A stretch of DNA of 64,000 nt from Candidatus Dojkabacteria bacterium (GCA_041678505.1 JBAYOB010000001.1:1667-65666); one strand, 5' to 3'. Numbered from the stretch's first letter, positions 1 through 9,409 are shown. Numbers and translations: made by a program. Notes: generated by a model not told the origin, from the letters alone.

Positions 1-1112
1 ATAAAGAGCAAGTCCAAGAATATGAGGACTTTCAAATAAGTATAAATAATTCATCTTACGATAAGCCTAAGGATGCTAAGGGCGGAAGCAACGAAGAATA
101 CTATGAAACTCCTCAAGAACTTGGACAGTATTTTATAAAAGAAGGACTTAATACTGTTGTTATGTCTCATATGCATAAATGTCCTCCCAAAACAGACCCC
201 AATAGTGTTCACCTATACAAACTCTGTCTAAAAGAATTAAATATTTGTGAAAAAGGAAAATGGCGTAAAGATCCTACAGGAACACATAAATACGGAACCT
301 TAAAAAATCCAATAGTAGTTGAAACAGTGGATAAGGATGGGCTAGGAGAGGTTATACACTTAATCTTAAATGGAAATAATCTTACACAGTGTGTAGGAGA
401 TTCTGCAGGTGATGGTGGAGTTAACTGTTACAGTATTGAAGGAAACAACATCGCTATTACTCTAAATTCAGAAGAACAGAATATTATTTCAGGAGAGTAT
501 AGATTAGATGTAAAATGGGAAGATGGAGAAGGAATTGGTGGGAGTAATTGTGAATTAAGTAGTGAATTTAACATTTCAGAAGAACCTCTTCCTTCGGATT
601 GCGGAACTAATACAGGTTTAGTATTTGAAGCTACAGAAACAGATTGGCCTGAGGGAGGTACTTTCTGTTCTGTAGGAGATCCTAATCCTGTAAACCCCAT
701 ATTTCCAGCTTTAGGTATGACGACAGAGTGGGAGTGTGAAGGTACTTCTGGAAGTGTAGGCTGTTCTGCTTCTAGATTAAAACCAGTATCACCACCTCCT
801 GTAGTAGTAGAAGATCCAGAACCACCACCTCCATCTCCTGTAGTAGTGGAGGAACCAACAGAGACACCTCAAGCTCCTGTTGTAGCTCAAAGAACCCCTG
901 AGACAGGTATACTTGATGATATAGGGAGACCCGTATTAATGGGAAGTTCACTACTAGTCTTAGGAGTAACTTGGTCATGGATAGGTAGAGGTATGCTTAC
1001 TTCCATTACTTTCTTAGATAGGTTGTACAAAAAGACAGTAATAGGTGTTAAGGATGTTAAAGGAGATAATAGGAAAAAGAAATTTGAAAAGAGGGTAGGA
1101 AAAAGAATATAG
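1..1112 (+). CDS. Secreted/cell-surface protein, 5'-partial (the reading frame is open from the window start). It has a Pro-rich linker (PPPVVVEDPEPPPPSPVVVEEPTETPQAP) and a C-terminal sortase-like sorting signal: TPETG, then a hydrophobic segment, then a basic tail.
   Basis: The frame containing the 162..1112 ORF has no stop back to nt 3. The C-terminus reads '...QRTPETGILDDIGRPVLMGSSLLVLGVTWSWIGRG...KKKFEKRVGKRI'. This gives an LPXTG-like motif, a TM helix and a positively charged tail. Confidence 0.55.
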   Translation, partial: KEQVQEYEDFQISINNSSYDKPKDAKGGSNEEYYETPQELGQYFIKEGLNTVVMSHMHKCPPKTDPNSVHLYKLCLKELNICEKGKWRKDPTGTHKYGTLKNPIVVETVDKDGLGEVIHLILNGNNLTQCVGDSAGDGGVNCYSIEGNNIAITLNSEEQNIISGEYRLDVKWEDGEGIGGSNCELSSEFNISEEPLPSDCGTNTGLVFEATETDWPEGGTFCSVGDPNPVNPIFPALGMTTEWECEGTSGSVGCSASRLKPVSPPPVVVEDPEPPPPSPVVVEEPTETPQAPVVAQRTPETGILDDIGRPVLMGSSLLVLGVTWSWIGRGMLTSITFLDRLYKKTVIGVKDVKGDNRKKKFEKRVGKRI

Positions 1113-1151
1113 AGTGTGATATAATCACCGAGATATACATTATTTTATGAT

Positions 1152-1358
1152 ATGCATATGGCAGTTATTGTACATTCTAATGAAAATATAGATAGTGCTC
1201 TTAAAAGACTTCATAGAGAGGTTCTAAGAGAGAAAATATTAGAAACACATAGAAACAAACAGTACAGAATTAAGAAAGCTGATCTGGAAATACAGAAAAG
1301 AAGAGAGTGGGCTAAGCAGAAAAGACGAAGAAGGACAGCAGCAAGAAGAGAGAAGTAA
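1152..1358 (+). CDS. rpsU: 30S ribosomal protein S21
   Basis: 68 aa with a basic C-terminus (KRREWAKQKRRRRTAARREK) and N-terminus 'AVIVHSNENIDSALKRLHREV'. This matches the S21 pattern (V..NE..D.ALRRFKR). Confidence 0.85.
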   Translation: MHMAVIVHSNENIDSALKRLHREVLREKILETHRNKQYRIKKADLEIQKRREWAKQKRRRRTAARREK

Positions 1359-1375
1359 ATTTTCATATATACACA

Positions 1376-1819
1376 ATGTCTTTAGTAGATACAATACGAA
1401 AAGATATGTTCCAAGCCTCTAAAGAGTGCAATACTCTCAGGTCAGATATATTAAAAATGGCTCTAGCAGAGATAAAGAATGAGCAGATAGCATCTCAGAA
1501 AGAGTTAGAAGAAAAAGATATTGAAAAAATATTAAGAAAAGAAGTTAAGAAGATTCAAGATTCCATAGAACAGTATGAAAAGATGCAAAGAAAAGACCTT
1601 GTTGAGAAGGAAAGAATACAGTTGGGAGTGTTAAATGAATATCTTCCAGAGCTTTTAGGTGAAGAAGAATTAACAAAAATAGTAAAAGAGAAGGTTAATG
1701 AGATGGATGCTAAGAGTATGCAAGATATGGGTAGAGTAATGGGAGCAGTTATGAAAGAATTAGAAGGAAAAGCGGATGGAAATACAGTTAAGACAATAGT
1801 TCAAGAACTCCTTTCTTAG
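1376..1819 (+). CDS. yqeY: GatB/YqeY domain protein
   Basis: 147 aa. The N-terminus 'MSLVDTIRKDMFQASKE...LRSDILKMALAEIKN' matches the YqeY family. It sits immediately downstream of rpsU, which is a conserved pairing. Confidence 0.8.
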   Translation: MSLVDTIRKDMFQASKECNTLRSDILKMALAEIKNEQIASQKELEEKDIEKILRKEVKKIQDSIEQYEKMQRKDLVEKERIQLGVLNEYLPELLGEEELTKIVKEKVNEMDAKSMQDMGRVMGAVMKELEGKADGNTVKTIVQELLS

Positions 1820-1821
1820 AG

Positions 1822-2256
1822 ATGGAACTCGATATATACGGTTGGAATATATTAAAGAAACATCTTCCTGAGGTATCTTTTTCCAAAGGTGTCCTGTTAA
1901 ATACTCTTAAGAAAGAGTTTTCTTCTTACAAAGTGGATAGCCTTAATATTGTTTTTACTAGCAAAGATCATATTAGGAAATTAAATAGAGAATTTAGAAA
2001 GAAAAACAGTTCGACAGATGTGCTCTCTTTTTTAATAAATGAGAAACCTTTAGAGGGAGAAGTTTACATATGTTTAGAGTGTATTTTGAATAGTAACGAA
2101 AAAGAGGTTTTAAGATTAGTGGTACATGGATTTTTACATATAGTAGGATATCATCACGATAGATATTTTGATGAAGATTCAAAGGAAAAAGAGGAAATGT
2201 TTGTAATACAAGAGGAAATATTAGAGAATATATACAGAACTCTTAAGAAGAAGTGA
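1822..2256 (+). CDS. ybeY: Endoribonuclease YbeY (rRNA maturation factor)
   Basis: The metal-binding motif 'HGFLHIVGYHHD' matches the H..H.LGYDH signature. The ORF ends with TGA. Confidence 0.85.
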   Translation: MELDIYGWNILKKHLPEVSFSKGVLLNTLKKEFSSYKVDSLNIVFTSKDHIRKLNREFRKKNSSTDVLSFLINEKPLEGEVYICLECILNSNEKEVLRLVVHGFLHIVGYHHDRYFDEDSKEKEEMFVIQEEILENIYRTLKKK

Positions 2257-2531
2257 TATTGATGAAAAATATATTTAAAAATAGAATCTTTTGGATATTA
2301 CTATCTGTTCTAATCACAGCCTTAATCTTTTTTACTATGTATCAACTACTAACAACTAAAACAGATGAAGTAGAGAATGATTGTACGGTTCCCTCTACAG
2401 CTTGTGAGGAGATGGATTTACTACAATCATGCCCTGATGACACTGTTTGTAGAGAAATGCTTGTAGGGTGGCACTCTGCTGATGCTGATTGCCCTACATA
2501 CAAAGTACTTTGTTTTGAAATAATAGAATAA
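2253..2531 (+). CDS. Small predicted secreted/membrane-anchored Cys-rich protein (6 Cys), hypothetical
   Basis: An N-terminal hydrophobic helix (IFWILLSVLITALIFFTMY) is followed by a Cys-rich ~55-aa segment. It overlaps the ybeY stop and sits between ybeY and pth. A GTG start at 2253 or ATG at 2262 is possible. Confidence 0.4.
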   Translation: MILMKNIFKNRIFWILLSVLITALIFFTMYQLLTTKTDEVENDCTVPSTACEEMDLLQSCPDDTVCREMLVGWHSADADCPTYKVLCFEIIE

Positions 2532-2532
2532 T

Positions 2533-3096
2533 ATGAAATTAATAGTAGGATTAGGAAATCCTGGAGAGAAATATCACAGTAGTAGACATAATGTAGGCTT
2601 TCTTTTCTTAGATGCTTTAAGAGAGGAATTACTTTGGCAAGGAGATTACAGTGTTACTGATTGGAAAGAGGAGAAAACATTTAATTCTAAGCTTTGTCTA
2701 CTCAAGAAAGGCTCTGAGGTAATAGCAATATTGCAAAAGCCCTTAACATATATGAATAGATCAGGAGCTGCAGTAGTAAAAGTAGTGAAGAAATTTAATA
2801 TAGAGGATTTTGGAGAAAATCTAATACTGATACATGATGATTTAGACTTATCACTAGGAAAGTTTAAAATTCAGGCAGGAAAAGCACCACTAAGCCACAA
2901 TGGGGTAAGAAGTGTGGAAGAGAGAGTAGGTACAAAAGAGTTTAAAAGAATTAGAATAGGGATTGAGAATAGAGGGGGTGTAGATATTACAGGTGAGGAT
3001 TATGTGTTAATGAGGTTTCTTGATTCTGAAAAGGAAATAGTAGATGAGATCATTCAAGAGGCTGTATCAATAATACTGCCAGACATGCTAGTATAG
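2533..3096 (+). CDS. pth: Peptidyl-tRNA hydrolase
   Basis: The N-terminus 'MKLIVGLGNPGEKYHSSRHNVGF' is the canonical Pth signature. Confidence 0.9.
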   Translation: MKLIVGLGNPGEKYHSSRHNVGFLFLDALREELLWQGDYSVTDWKEEKTFNSKLCLLKKGSEVIAILQKPLTYMNRSGAAVVKVVKKFNIEDFGENLILIHDDLDLSLGKFKIQAGKAPLSHNGVRSVEERVGTKEFKRIRIGIENRGGVDITGEDYVLMRFLDSEKEIVDEIIQEAVSIILPDMLV

Positions 3097-4356
3097 CTAT
3101 CTTTGAACATATGTTTTTTCAAAGAGACCTTTGTAATTCTGAGAAGCTTCCTCTAGGGTGTGAGTATGTAAATATGTATCATCTTCTAACACAGTAGCTA
3201 GCGTAGTACCCCCTAGGGTAATGCCTAGATTTAAGATGCCGTTACTGTCATCAGTTAAGAAAAATATCTTTCCAGCTTCTAACTCAGGAGATTGACCCAG
3301 ATCTATCTCCATTAACATATTGTTTCCTTTTAAATAGTCAAAGAGTAACTCTGTATAGTCATATTCATAACTGTATGAGATGAAACCATCTCTCTTAATA
3401 GCGTAATCTCTTAAAACAGGACCAATAGGTAGGTTAATGTTGTAATATGCCTGAGATACTACTCTGTATGAGTCATGTGCTCCAAATCTGTATTTTAACC
3501 TTGTAGAAAGATCCTTAGAATCTTTACTACTAGCCCATTTCTTAGAGTTAATAATATCAAGAGTACTAGCTAGAAGATCTTCTGCTTTTGCTTGTGTAAT
3601 ATTATTCTTCCCAATATTTCCAATATCCATATCTAGAGTATCTTTTAAAGTATCATAATCAGCATCATACTGAATTTTTCCATCTTGGTTGTACATGTAG
3701 CTACGATTGTATGTATTAAGTAATACATATATTGAGAAAGGAAAGAGTAGGGTTGTAATTACTACAAAGGACTTTGTTAGTGTATTAATAAAGCGATTTT
3801 CTTTCAAGAATGTTCTGTACAGCACTAAAGTGAATATTGAAATGAAGATTAATTCTAAGAAGAAAATAGGGCTTAGGAAATATCCAGAAAAGAGACTTGG
3901 CTCTAGTATCCGAAAGAGCAATGTAAACTTAGAATCAGTAAGAGGGTAGAAAAGCATAATCTTAGTAACTAAAGTATCCGCAAGGAGATGTCCCATTGTA
4001 GCAATGAGGAAGGTATCTACCAAAATATGTAAGAACTCTCTGTTGAGTGTTTTCCCGGTCCTCTTGTTTAAAAGAGTATGGATAGGGTTAACAAGAATTT
4101 TAAGTAGTATCCATATGACTATGTAGAAGATGGGAGTATGTGAGATAAAATCATGATGCATGAAAGTTGGTATATTGAGCATAGAGTATACAAAAAGATC
4201 AAAATCAGGAAGTATTCCAAAGAAGAAACTAGCTAAAGCAATTAATATATGCTCATTACTGTTAAGTTTCTTGATCTTCTTTTTCTGTATTATCTCATTT
4301 GCAAGAAATGAGATAGGTCCGTGTGCTAAATACATACTATTTCCCCCTATTATCAA
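3097..4356 (-). CDS. Polytopic membrane protein with a C-terminal soluble domain. It may be a DUF457/YdjM-like membrane-bound metal-dependent hydrolase.
   Basis: It has multiple hydrophobic helices and His/Asp-rich short motifs (LAHGPI, LPDFDLF, HHDFISHTP, MGHLLAD). There is no firm family assignment. Confidence 0.35.
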   Translation of the reverse strand: MIIGGNSMYLAHGPISFLANEIIQKKKIKKLNSNEHILIALASFFFGILPDFDLFVYSMLNIPTFMHHDFISHTPIFYIVIWILLKILVNPIHTLLNKRTGKTLNREFLHILVDTFLIATMGHLLADTLVTKIMLFYPLTDSKFTLLFRILEPSLFSGYFLSPIFFLELIFISIFTLVLYRTFLKENRFINTLTKSFVVITTLLFPFSIYVLLNTYNRSYMYNQDGKIQYDADYDTLKDTLDMDIGNIGKNNITQAKAEDLLASTLDIINSKKWASSKDSKDLSTRLKYRFGAHDSYRVVSQAYYNINLPIGPVLRDYAIKRDGFISYSYEYDYTELLFDYLKGNNMLMEIDLGQSPELEAGKIFFLTDDSNGILNLGITLGGTTLATVLEDDTYLHTHTLEEASQNYKGLFEKTYVQR

Positions 4357-4404
4357 ATATTTAGGATATTATACATACTTTAAGCTAATTGATAAAATGG
4401 GCGT

Positions 4405-6828
4405 GTGGAAAATATACAGATAAAAAACTCATTACTAATGTCTCTTGCGAAGAGGTATGGTGGTAAAAAGAAAGAGATAGAGAGAGTATTAAAAGTGACA
4501 GGAGTGGATTTGGAGTATTACGAACTGGTTTGTGAACTATTAGGAGTACTTCTTGGGAAAGTTGTATGGCTAATGCTGGGAGATGATGAGCATCAAGAAG
4601 GGGAAGATAGTGTAATGATAAAGAAAGGTTCTCTTTTTAATCTTAACTCTCTTCTTAATATCGGCTATGAGAGGGTAGAGAGAGTGTGGAATGAGGGTGA
4701 GATATCTGTCTTAGGAGACGTTATCTTAATATGGCCCTTTAGTATGAATAATCTAATTCGTATTAGTCTTTCAGGGGATGATATAGAGGGGATTTCGGTG
4801 GTAGAGGTGGAGAGTAGAAAGAGGGTAAAAGATATAGAGGGAAGGACTCTTCTTGGTAAAAACAGTAAATTGTTAGTGGGTAATGAAGAGTCTTCTGGAA
4901 GTGTAAAGGTAAGAATGGTTGAAGATATTGAGAGACAAGAGAATTTAATTAATTTAGGTTTAAGAAACATCCCTAATGTTCAAGAGTATACTTCTAGAAA
5001 AGCGATTTTAGAAATAGTGAGGAATTTTAAAAGTAGGGGATATGATATTTGGTATTTGAGCAATAGTATAGAGAAATATGACCTATTAGTAGAGAAAGAG
5101 CTGAAAGAAAGTATTAGTGAGATATTTTCTGTAAATACTCCTTTAGAGAAAAGTCTTAAGAAGGGTTTTGTCTCTAGTGAGGCAAAGGTATTGTTACTGA
5201 CAGATTTAGAGGTATTAGGGCAGATAGATCTTTCAATATATGAAGAGAGAAATATTAAAATGGATCCAGGTAGTGTAGAGATTTTAAAGAAACTTGTACC
5301 AGGAGATTATGTTGTTCATGAAGATCATGGTATTGGCAGATTTGTTGATGTTGTCAGGAAAGAGAAGGGCTCATATATTGAAATTGCATATGCTGGTAAA
5401 GATAGGTTGTACATCCCTCTTACTGCATCTGAAAAGATTACCAAATTTATAGGTGTAGGAAGGGAGAGACCAACTTTAACAGGTTTGGGTAGTGGTGTTT
5501 GGAAAAGAATCTCTAAGAAAGTGAAGAAGGAAGTAGAGAATATTGCTAGAGAACTTTTACAACTTTATGCTTTAAGAGAAACATCAAAAACAGAAATTTT
5601 ACTTAAAGATGAAGATGCTTTAGGAGAACTGAATACATTCGTTAAACAGTTTGAATTTGATGATACGGATGATCAAGTATTGAGTACAGAGCATATTGTT
5701 AATGATTTTCAAAATAGCAAACCTATGGATAGGTTACTTGTAGGGGATGTAGGTTATGGTAAGACAGAAATAGCCTCTAGGGCAATGTTTGTGGCAGTTA
5801 ATTCAGGGTATCAAGTAGCCCTGTTAGCACCCACGACGATATTAGTGGAGCAACATAGGTCTGTACTAATGGAAAGGTTTAAAAACTATCCTTTTGTTAT
5901 AGAATCTCTCTCTAGATTTTCATCTGAAAAGAAGAAGGAGCAAGTTTTAAGAGATCTTAAAAAAGGAAGTATTGACATTGTAGTAGGTACGCATTCTTTG
6001 TTAAGTGAGGGTGTTGTTTTTAAGAATTTAGGATTACTGATAGTAGATGAGGAACAGAAATTTGGGGTAAAACAGAAGGAAAATATTAAATCGAAAAGAA
6101 TAGATACAAATGTACTCTCGTTAACAGCCACCCCAATCCCTAGAACTTTGAATATGGCATTGATGGGTATAAGGGATATATCTGTACTTGCTACACCTCC
6201 TTTAGGTCGGAAAGAGGTAATCAATTACTTTGGGAAATTTGATTGGAACACTGTTAAGGATGCAGTAGCCAAAGAATTAAAAAGAAATGGCCAGGTGTAT
6301 TATCTACATAATAGAGTCAATACTATTGAATACTCATACTCTAGACTGGTTAATATGTTCCCGCATGCGAATATTGCAATAGCGCATGGACAGATGAGTG
6401 TTCAAAGATTATCTAGTACTATGAAAAAGTTTGTTAATGAAGAAATAGATATTTTAGTATGTACCACAATTATAGAAAACGGTTTGGATATCCCTTCTGT
6501 TAATACATTAATAATAGATGATGCTACGATGTTAGGTCTCTCTCAGATGTATCAGATCAGGGGTAGGATAGGGAGGTCAGAGAGACAAGGGTATGCATAT
6601 TTTCTTTTTGAAAATCTGAGGGGAAATGCACAACTAAGACTTGAAGCACTAAGAGAGTCACAAGAGCTGGGTTCAGGTTTCTTACTCTCAAACAAAGATT
6701 TAGAGATTAGAGGTGCAGGAGACATACTTGGGAAAAACCAGTCTGGCACTATAAATTCGGTGGGCTATGGTCTTTACTCTGTTATGCTTAAGGATGCAAT
6801 TGAGAAACTTAAAAATATGAATAAATAA
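4405..6828 (+). CDS. mfd: Transcription-repair coupling factor (Mfd), short form
   Basis: Three motifs support the call: the RNAP-interaction/CarD-like motif 'GDYVVHEDHGIGRF', helicase motif I 'GDVGYGKTEIA', and 'DEEQKFGV' plus 'RGRIGRS'. At 807 aa it is about 340 aa shorter than E. coli Mfd. Confidence 0.8.
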   Translation: MENIQIKNSLLMSLAKRYGGKKKEIERVLKVTGVDLEYYELVCELLGVLLGKVVWLMLGDDEHQEGEDSVMIKKGSLFNLNSLLNIGYERVERVWNEGEISVLGDVILIWPFSMNNLIRISLSGDDIEGISVVEVESRKRVKDIEGRTLLGKNSKLLVGNEESSGSVKVRMVEDIERQENLINLGLRNIPNVQEYTSRKAILEIVRNFKSRGYDIWYLSNSIEKYDLLVEKELKESISEIFSVNTPLEKSLKKGFVSSEAKVLLLTDLEVLGQIDLSIYEERNIKMDPGSVEILKKLVPGDYVVHEDHGIGRFVDVVRKEKGSYIEIAYAGKDRLYIPLTASEKITKFIGVGRERPTLTGLGSGVWKRISKKVKKEVENIARELLQLYALRETSKTEILLKDEDALGELNTFVKQFEFDDTDDQVLSTEHIVNDFQNSKPMDRLLVGDVGYGKTEIASRAMFVAVNSGYQVALLAPTTILVEQHRSVLMERFKNYPFVIESLSRFSSEKKKEQVLRDLKKGSIDIVVGTHSLLSEGVVFKNLGLLIVDEEQKFGVKQKENIKSKRIDTNVLSLTATPIPRTLNMALMGIRDISVLATPPLGRKEVINYFGKFDWNTVKDAVAKELKRNGQVYYLHNRVNTIEYSYSRLVNMFPHANIAIAHGQMSVQRLSSTMKKFVNEEIDILVCTTIIENGLDIPSVNTLIIDDATMLGLSQMYQIRGRIGRSERQGYAYFLFENLRGNAQLRLEALRESQELGSGFLLSNKDLEIRGAGDILGKNQSGTINSVGYGLYSVMLKDAIEKLKNMNK

Positions 6829-6869
6829 TTTTCACTTGGCAAGTCTTAATCTTTGTCCTAGTATGTATC

Positions 6870-8423
6870 ATGCTTTCAGTTCTCTATCGAAAATACAGAG
6901 CGAGTAACTTTGATGAGTTAAAAGGTCAAGATCACATTACAAAGTTACTCAAAAATGCAGTTAAAACTAAACAGATAGCACAGGCCTATCTTTTTGTAGG
7001 TTCCAGAGGTACTGGAAAGACATCAACTGCAAGGATACTAGCAAAAGCAGTTAATTGTAAGAAGATAAAATCTAATGGTAATCCATGTAACGAGTGTGAG
7101 TTTTGTGTAAGTATAACAACAGGAAGGTTTTTGGATTTAATAGAGATAGATGCCGCTTCAAACAGAGGGATAGATCAAATTAGAGAATTGAAAGAGAAGA
7201 TAGAATTCTCTCCATCAGAGGGAAAGTACAAAGTATATATCATTGATGAAGTCCATATGTTAACAACGGAGGCTTTTAATGCTCTTCTTAAGACATTGGA
7301 AGAGCCACCTCCTCATGTCATATTCATCCTGGCAACTACTGATGTACATAAATTACCACCTACAATCCTTTCTAGGTGTCAAAGGTATGATTTTAGACTT
7401 GGTACAGATGAGGAGATAGCAGCTTTAATTACTGAAATTTGCAAGAAGGAGAAAATTAAAATAGAGCAAGGAGCTCTAAGTATAGTGGTTCAGAATGCTA
7501 AAGGTAGTTATAGAGATGCTCTTTCAATATTGGATGTAATATATACAGGTCAAGATGAGAAGATTAATGAAATAACTACAGAGGAGGCAAGAAAGATTCT
7601 TGGTTTGCCCGAGAAGGACAGTGTAATTTTGCTTCTTAAAAGTTTAACTAAGGGAGATGGGGGTAAATCTCTTGATATTATAGGTAGTTTGGAGAAGAAA
7701 GGTGTTAATCTTCAACAGTTTACAAATTACACTTTAGATATTCTAAGAGAGATATTGATTAGCAAGATAAAAGGGAAAATAGAAAAGGAGTATGATTTTG
7801 TAAAAGATGTAGATATGAAGGTGATTTATAAATTAATTAATCTGTTTCTAAATGCTGAGAATAGGATAAGGTATGCGAATAATCAGGCATTGGTTTTAGA
7901 GATGATTATTCCAGAAATGATGAAAGCAGATGTGGGAAAGGATATAGAAATTGTGAATAGGGATGTTAAAAAAAGGATAGAGGATACAAAGCAGAAGGAA
8001 GATGATAAAAAAAGTATAGATTCTGAAGAATTAGTAGATAGTAAAGATGTATCTGTTAAGGAAATTAATAAGAAATGGGATGAATTTATTAATGAAATCA
8101 AACCTTTTAATAGTCATCTTTATGCATTTTTAGGAGGAGCTAATGTTAAAAATTTTGATAAGGGGACTCTGTATTTAGAGGTACCTTTTAAATTTCATGG
8201 AGAGAGAATAGAGATTCCAAAGAGTAGGAATGCCATATCAGAGACATTTAAAAAAGTGTATGGAACTACCTGTAAGGTATCTTGTATAGTTAATTCATCG
8301 ATGAAATCAAAGAATAAATCAGAGCCCGAGTTTGTTTTAAGGAATTTGCCAATAATAAAGGATAAGAAGAAAGAGAAGAAAGATGTGGGAATAAATGTAG
8401 AGGCGATATTTGAGGGTATGTAG
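6870..8423 (+). CDS. dnaX: DNA polymerase III subunit gamma/tau
   Basis: The N-terminus 'KYRASNFDELKGQDHI...AYLFVGSRGTGKTSTARILAKAVNC' carries the AAA+ clamp-loader Walker A and a zinc module (CNECEFC). Confidence 0.9.
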   Translation: MLSVLYRKYRASNFDELKGQDHITKLLKNAVKTKQIAQAYLFVGSRGTGKTSTARILAKAVNCKKIKSNGNPCNECEFCVSITTGRFLDLIEIDAASNRGIDQIRELKEKIEFSPSEGKYKVYIIDEVHMLTTEAFNALLKTLEEPPPHVIFILATTDVHKLPPTILSRCQRYDFRLGTDEEIAALITEICKKEKIKIEQGALSIVVQNAKGSYRDALSILDVIYTGQDEKINEITTEEARKILGLPEKDSVILLLKSLTKGDGGKSLDIIGSLEKKGVNLQQFTNYTLDILREILISKIKGKIEKEYDFVKDVDMKVIYKLINLFLNAENRIRYANNQALVLEMIIPEMMKADVGKDIEIVNRDVKKRIEDTKQKEDDKKSIDSEELVDSKDVSVKEINKKWDEFINEIKPFNSHLYAFLGGANVKNFDKGTLYLEVPFKFHGERIEIPKSRNAISETFKKVYGTTCKVSCIVNSSMKSKNKSEPEFVLRNLPIIKDKKKEKKDVGINVEAIFEGM

Positions 8424-8478
8424 TAATTCCAATTTAAGATATAATATTCATCATTACTTAATTTTTGTTGGTATTAAT

Positions 8479-8772
8479 ATGATAAATCCAGTAGAGATTG
8501 TTAAGATGCAGAGTGAGGCTAAGAAGCTTCAAAAGAAATTAAGAGAGAGGAAGATAAAAGGAGAATCTAAAAATGGAATGATCACCATATATATGAATGG
8601 TGCACAGGAGTTTGAGGATATACATATAGATGAGGAGTATCTTTCTCCTGATATGGAGGATGCTCTAAAGAAGGGGTTAAAAGAAGCATTTAAGGATTAT
8701 CACAAGAAATTACAGAAAGAGATGGTTCAAGATATGGATATGGATCAATTAAAGAATATGTTTAGTAAATAA
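8479..8772 (+). CDS. ybaB: Nucleoid-associated protein YbaB/EbfC
   Basis: The start was re-set to ATG 8479 (MINPVEIVKMQSEAKKLQKKL...). This is the typical position between dnaX and recR. The 8410 start is rejected as an overprediction. Confidence 0.8.
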   Translation: MINPVEIVKMQSEAKKLQKKLRERKIKGESKNGMITIYMNGAQEFEDIHIDEEYLSPDMEDALKKGLKEAFKDYHKKLQKEMVQDMDMDQLKNMFSK

Positions 8773-8776
8773 TAAT

Positions 8777-9409
8777 ATGTCTGTATTACCCTCTAGTGTA
8801 GAACAAGTTATTAATGAGTTTAGTAGGTTGCCAGGAGTTGGTCCTAAATCTGCCTCTAGAATGGTTTATCACTATCTTAGATCTCCAAATGGAGATGCAA
8901 CTAAGTTAGCATCAGCATTGGAAGAGATGGACAGGACTGTTAAAAATTGTAAGAGTTGTTTTAATGTTACAGATAAAGAAGAGTGTTCTATATGTTCTAG
9001 TCAATTAAGAAAAAAAGATAAACTATGTGTAGTAGAGGAGCCTTTGGATGTAGTAGCTTTTGAGAATTCTGGTGTATATGATGGTTTGTATTTTGTTTTA
9101 GGTGGTGTTATATCACCAGCAGAGGGTATAGGGGAGGAGGAGTTGAGGTTTAAGGAATTAAAAAACAGAGTAAAGGAGTTACTGGAGAATATAGATAAGG
9201 GTTCTTCTTTGGAGATTATTATTGCAACAAATCCTAGTCTAGAGGGAGAAGCCACTTCCAGCTATATCATTGATCTTTTTAAAGAGTATCTTAAAGAGAA
9301 AAGGATTAAAATAACTAGGTTAGCAATGGGTCTTCCTACGGGTGCTGATTTAGAGTATGCAGATAGATTAACTTTAAAGAGAGCGTTAGAAGGTAGAACT
9401 GATATATAG
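8777..9409 (+). CDS. recR: Recombination protein RecR
   Basis: It has an HhH motif 'LPGVGPKSASRMVYHYL', a C4 zinc finger (CKSC...CSIC) and a Toprim-like C-terminus. Confidence 0.9.
   Translation: MSVLPSSVEQVINEFSRLPGVGPKSASRMVYHYLRSPNGDATKLASALEEMDRTVKNCKSCFNVTDKEECSICSSQLRKKDKLCVVEEPLDVVAFENSGVYDGLYFVLGGVISPAEGIGEEELRFKELKNRVKELLENIDKGSSLEIIIATNPSLEGEATSSYIIDLFKEYLKEKRIKITRLAMGLPTGADLEYADRLTLKRALEGRTDI

Noticed and set aside
428-978. Minus-strand ORFs 428..700 and 772..978 inside the first surface-protein CDS
   Set aside because: They are antisense to a much longer ORF with a clear sorting signal. They are Ser/Leu/Pro-rich and look like translation artefacts.
1118-1135. Hairpin gtgat-ata-atcac after the first CDS, considered as a terminator
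   Set aside because: No U-tract follows. The sequence contains TATAAT and more likely acts as a -10 element for rpsU, which is unproven.
8410-8478. Upstream extension of ybaB (MRVCSNSNLRYNIHH...)
   Set aside because: It overlaps the dnaX stop region and adds non-conserved residues. YbaB homologs begin near MINPVEIVK.
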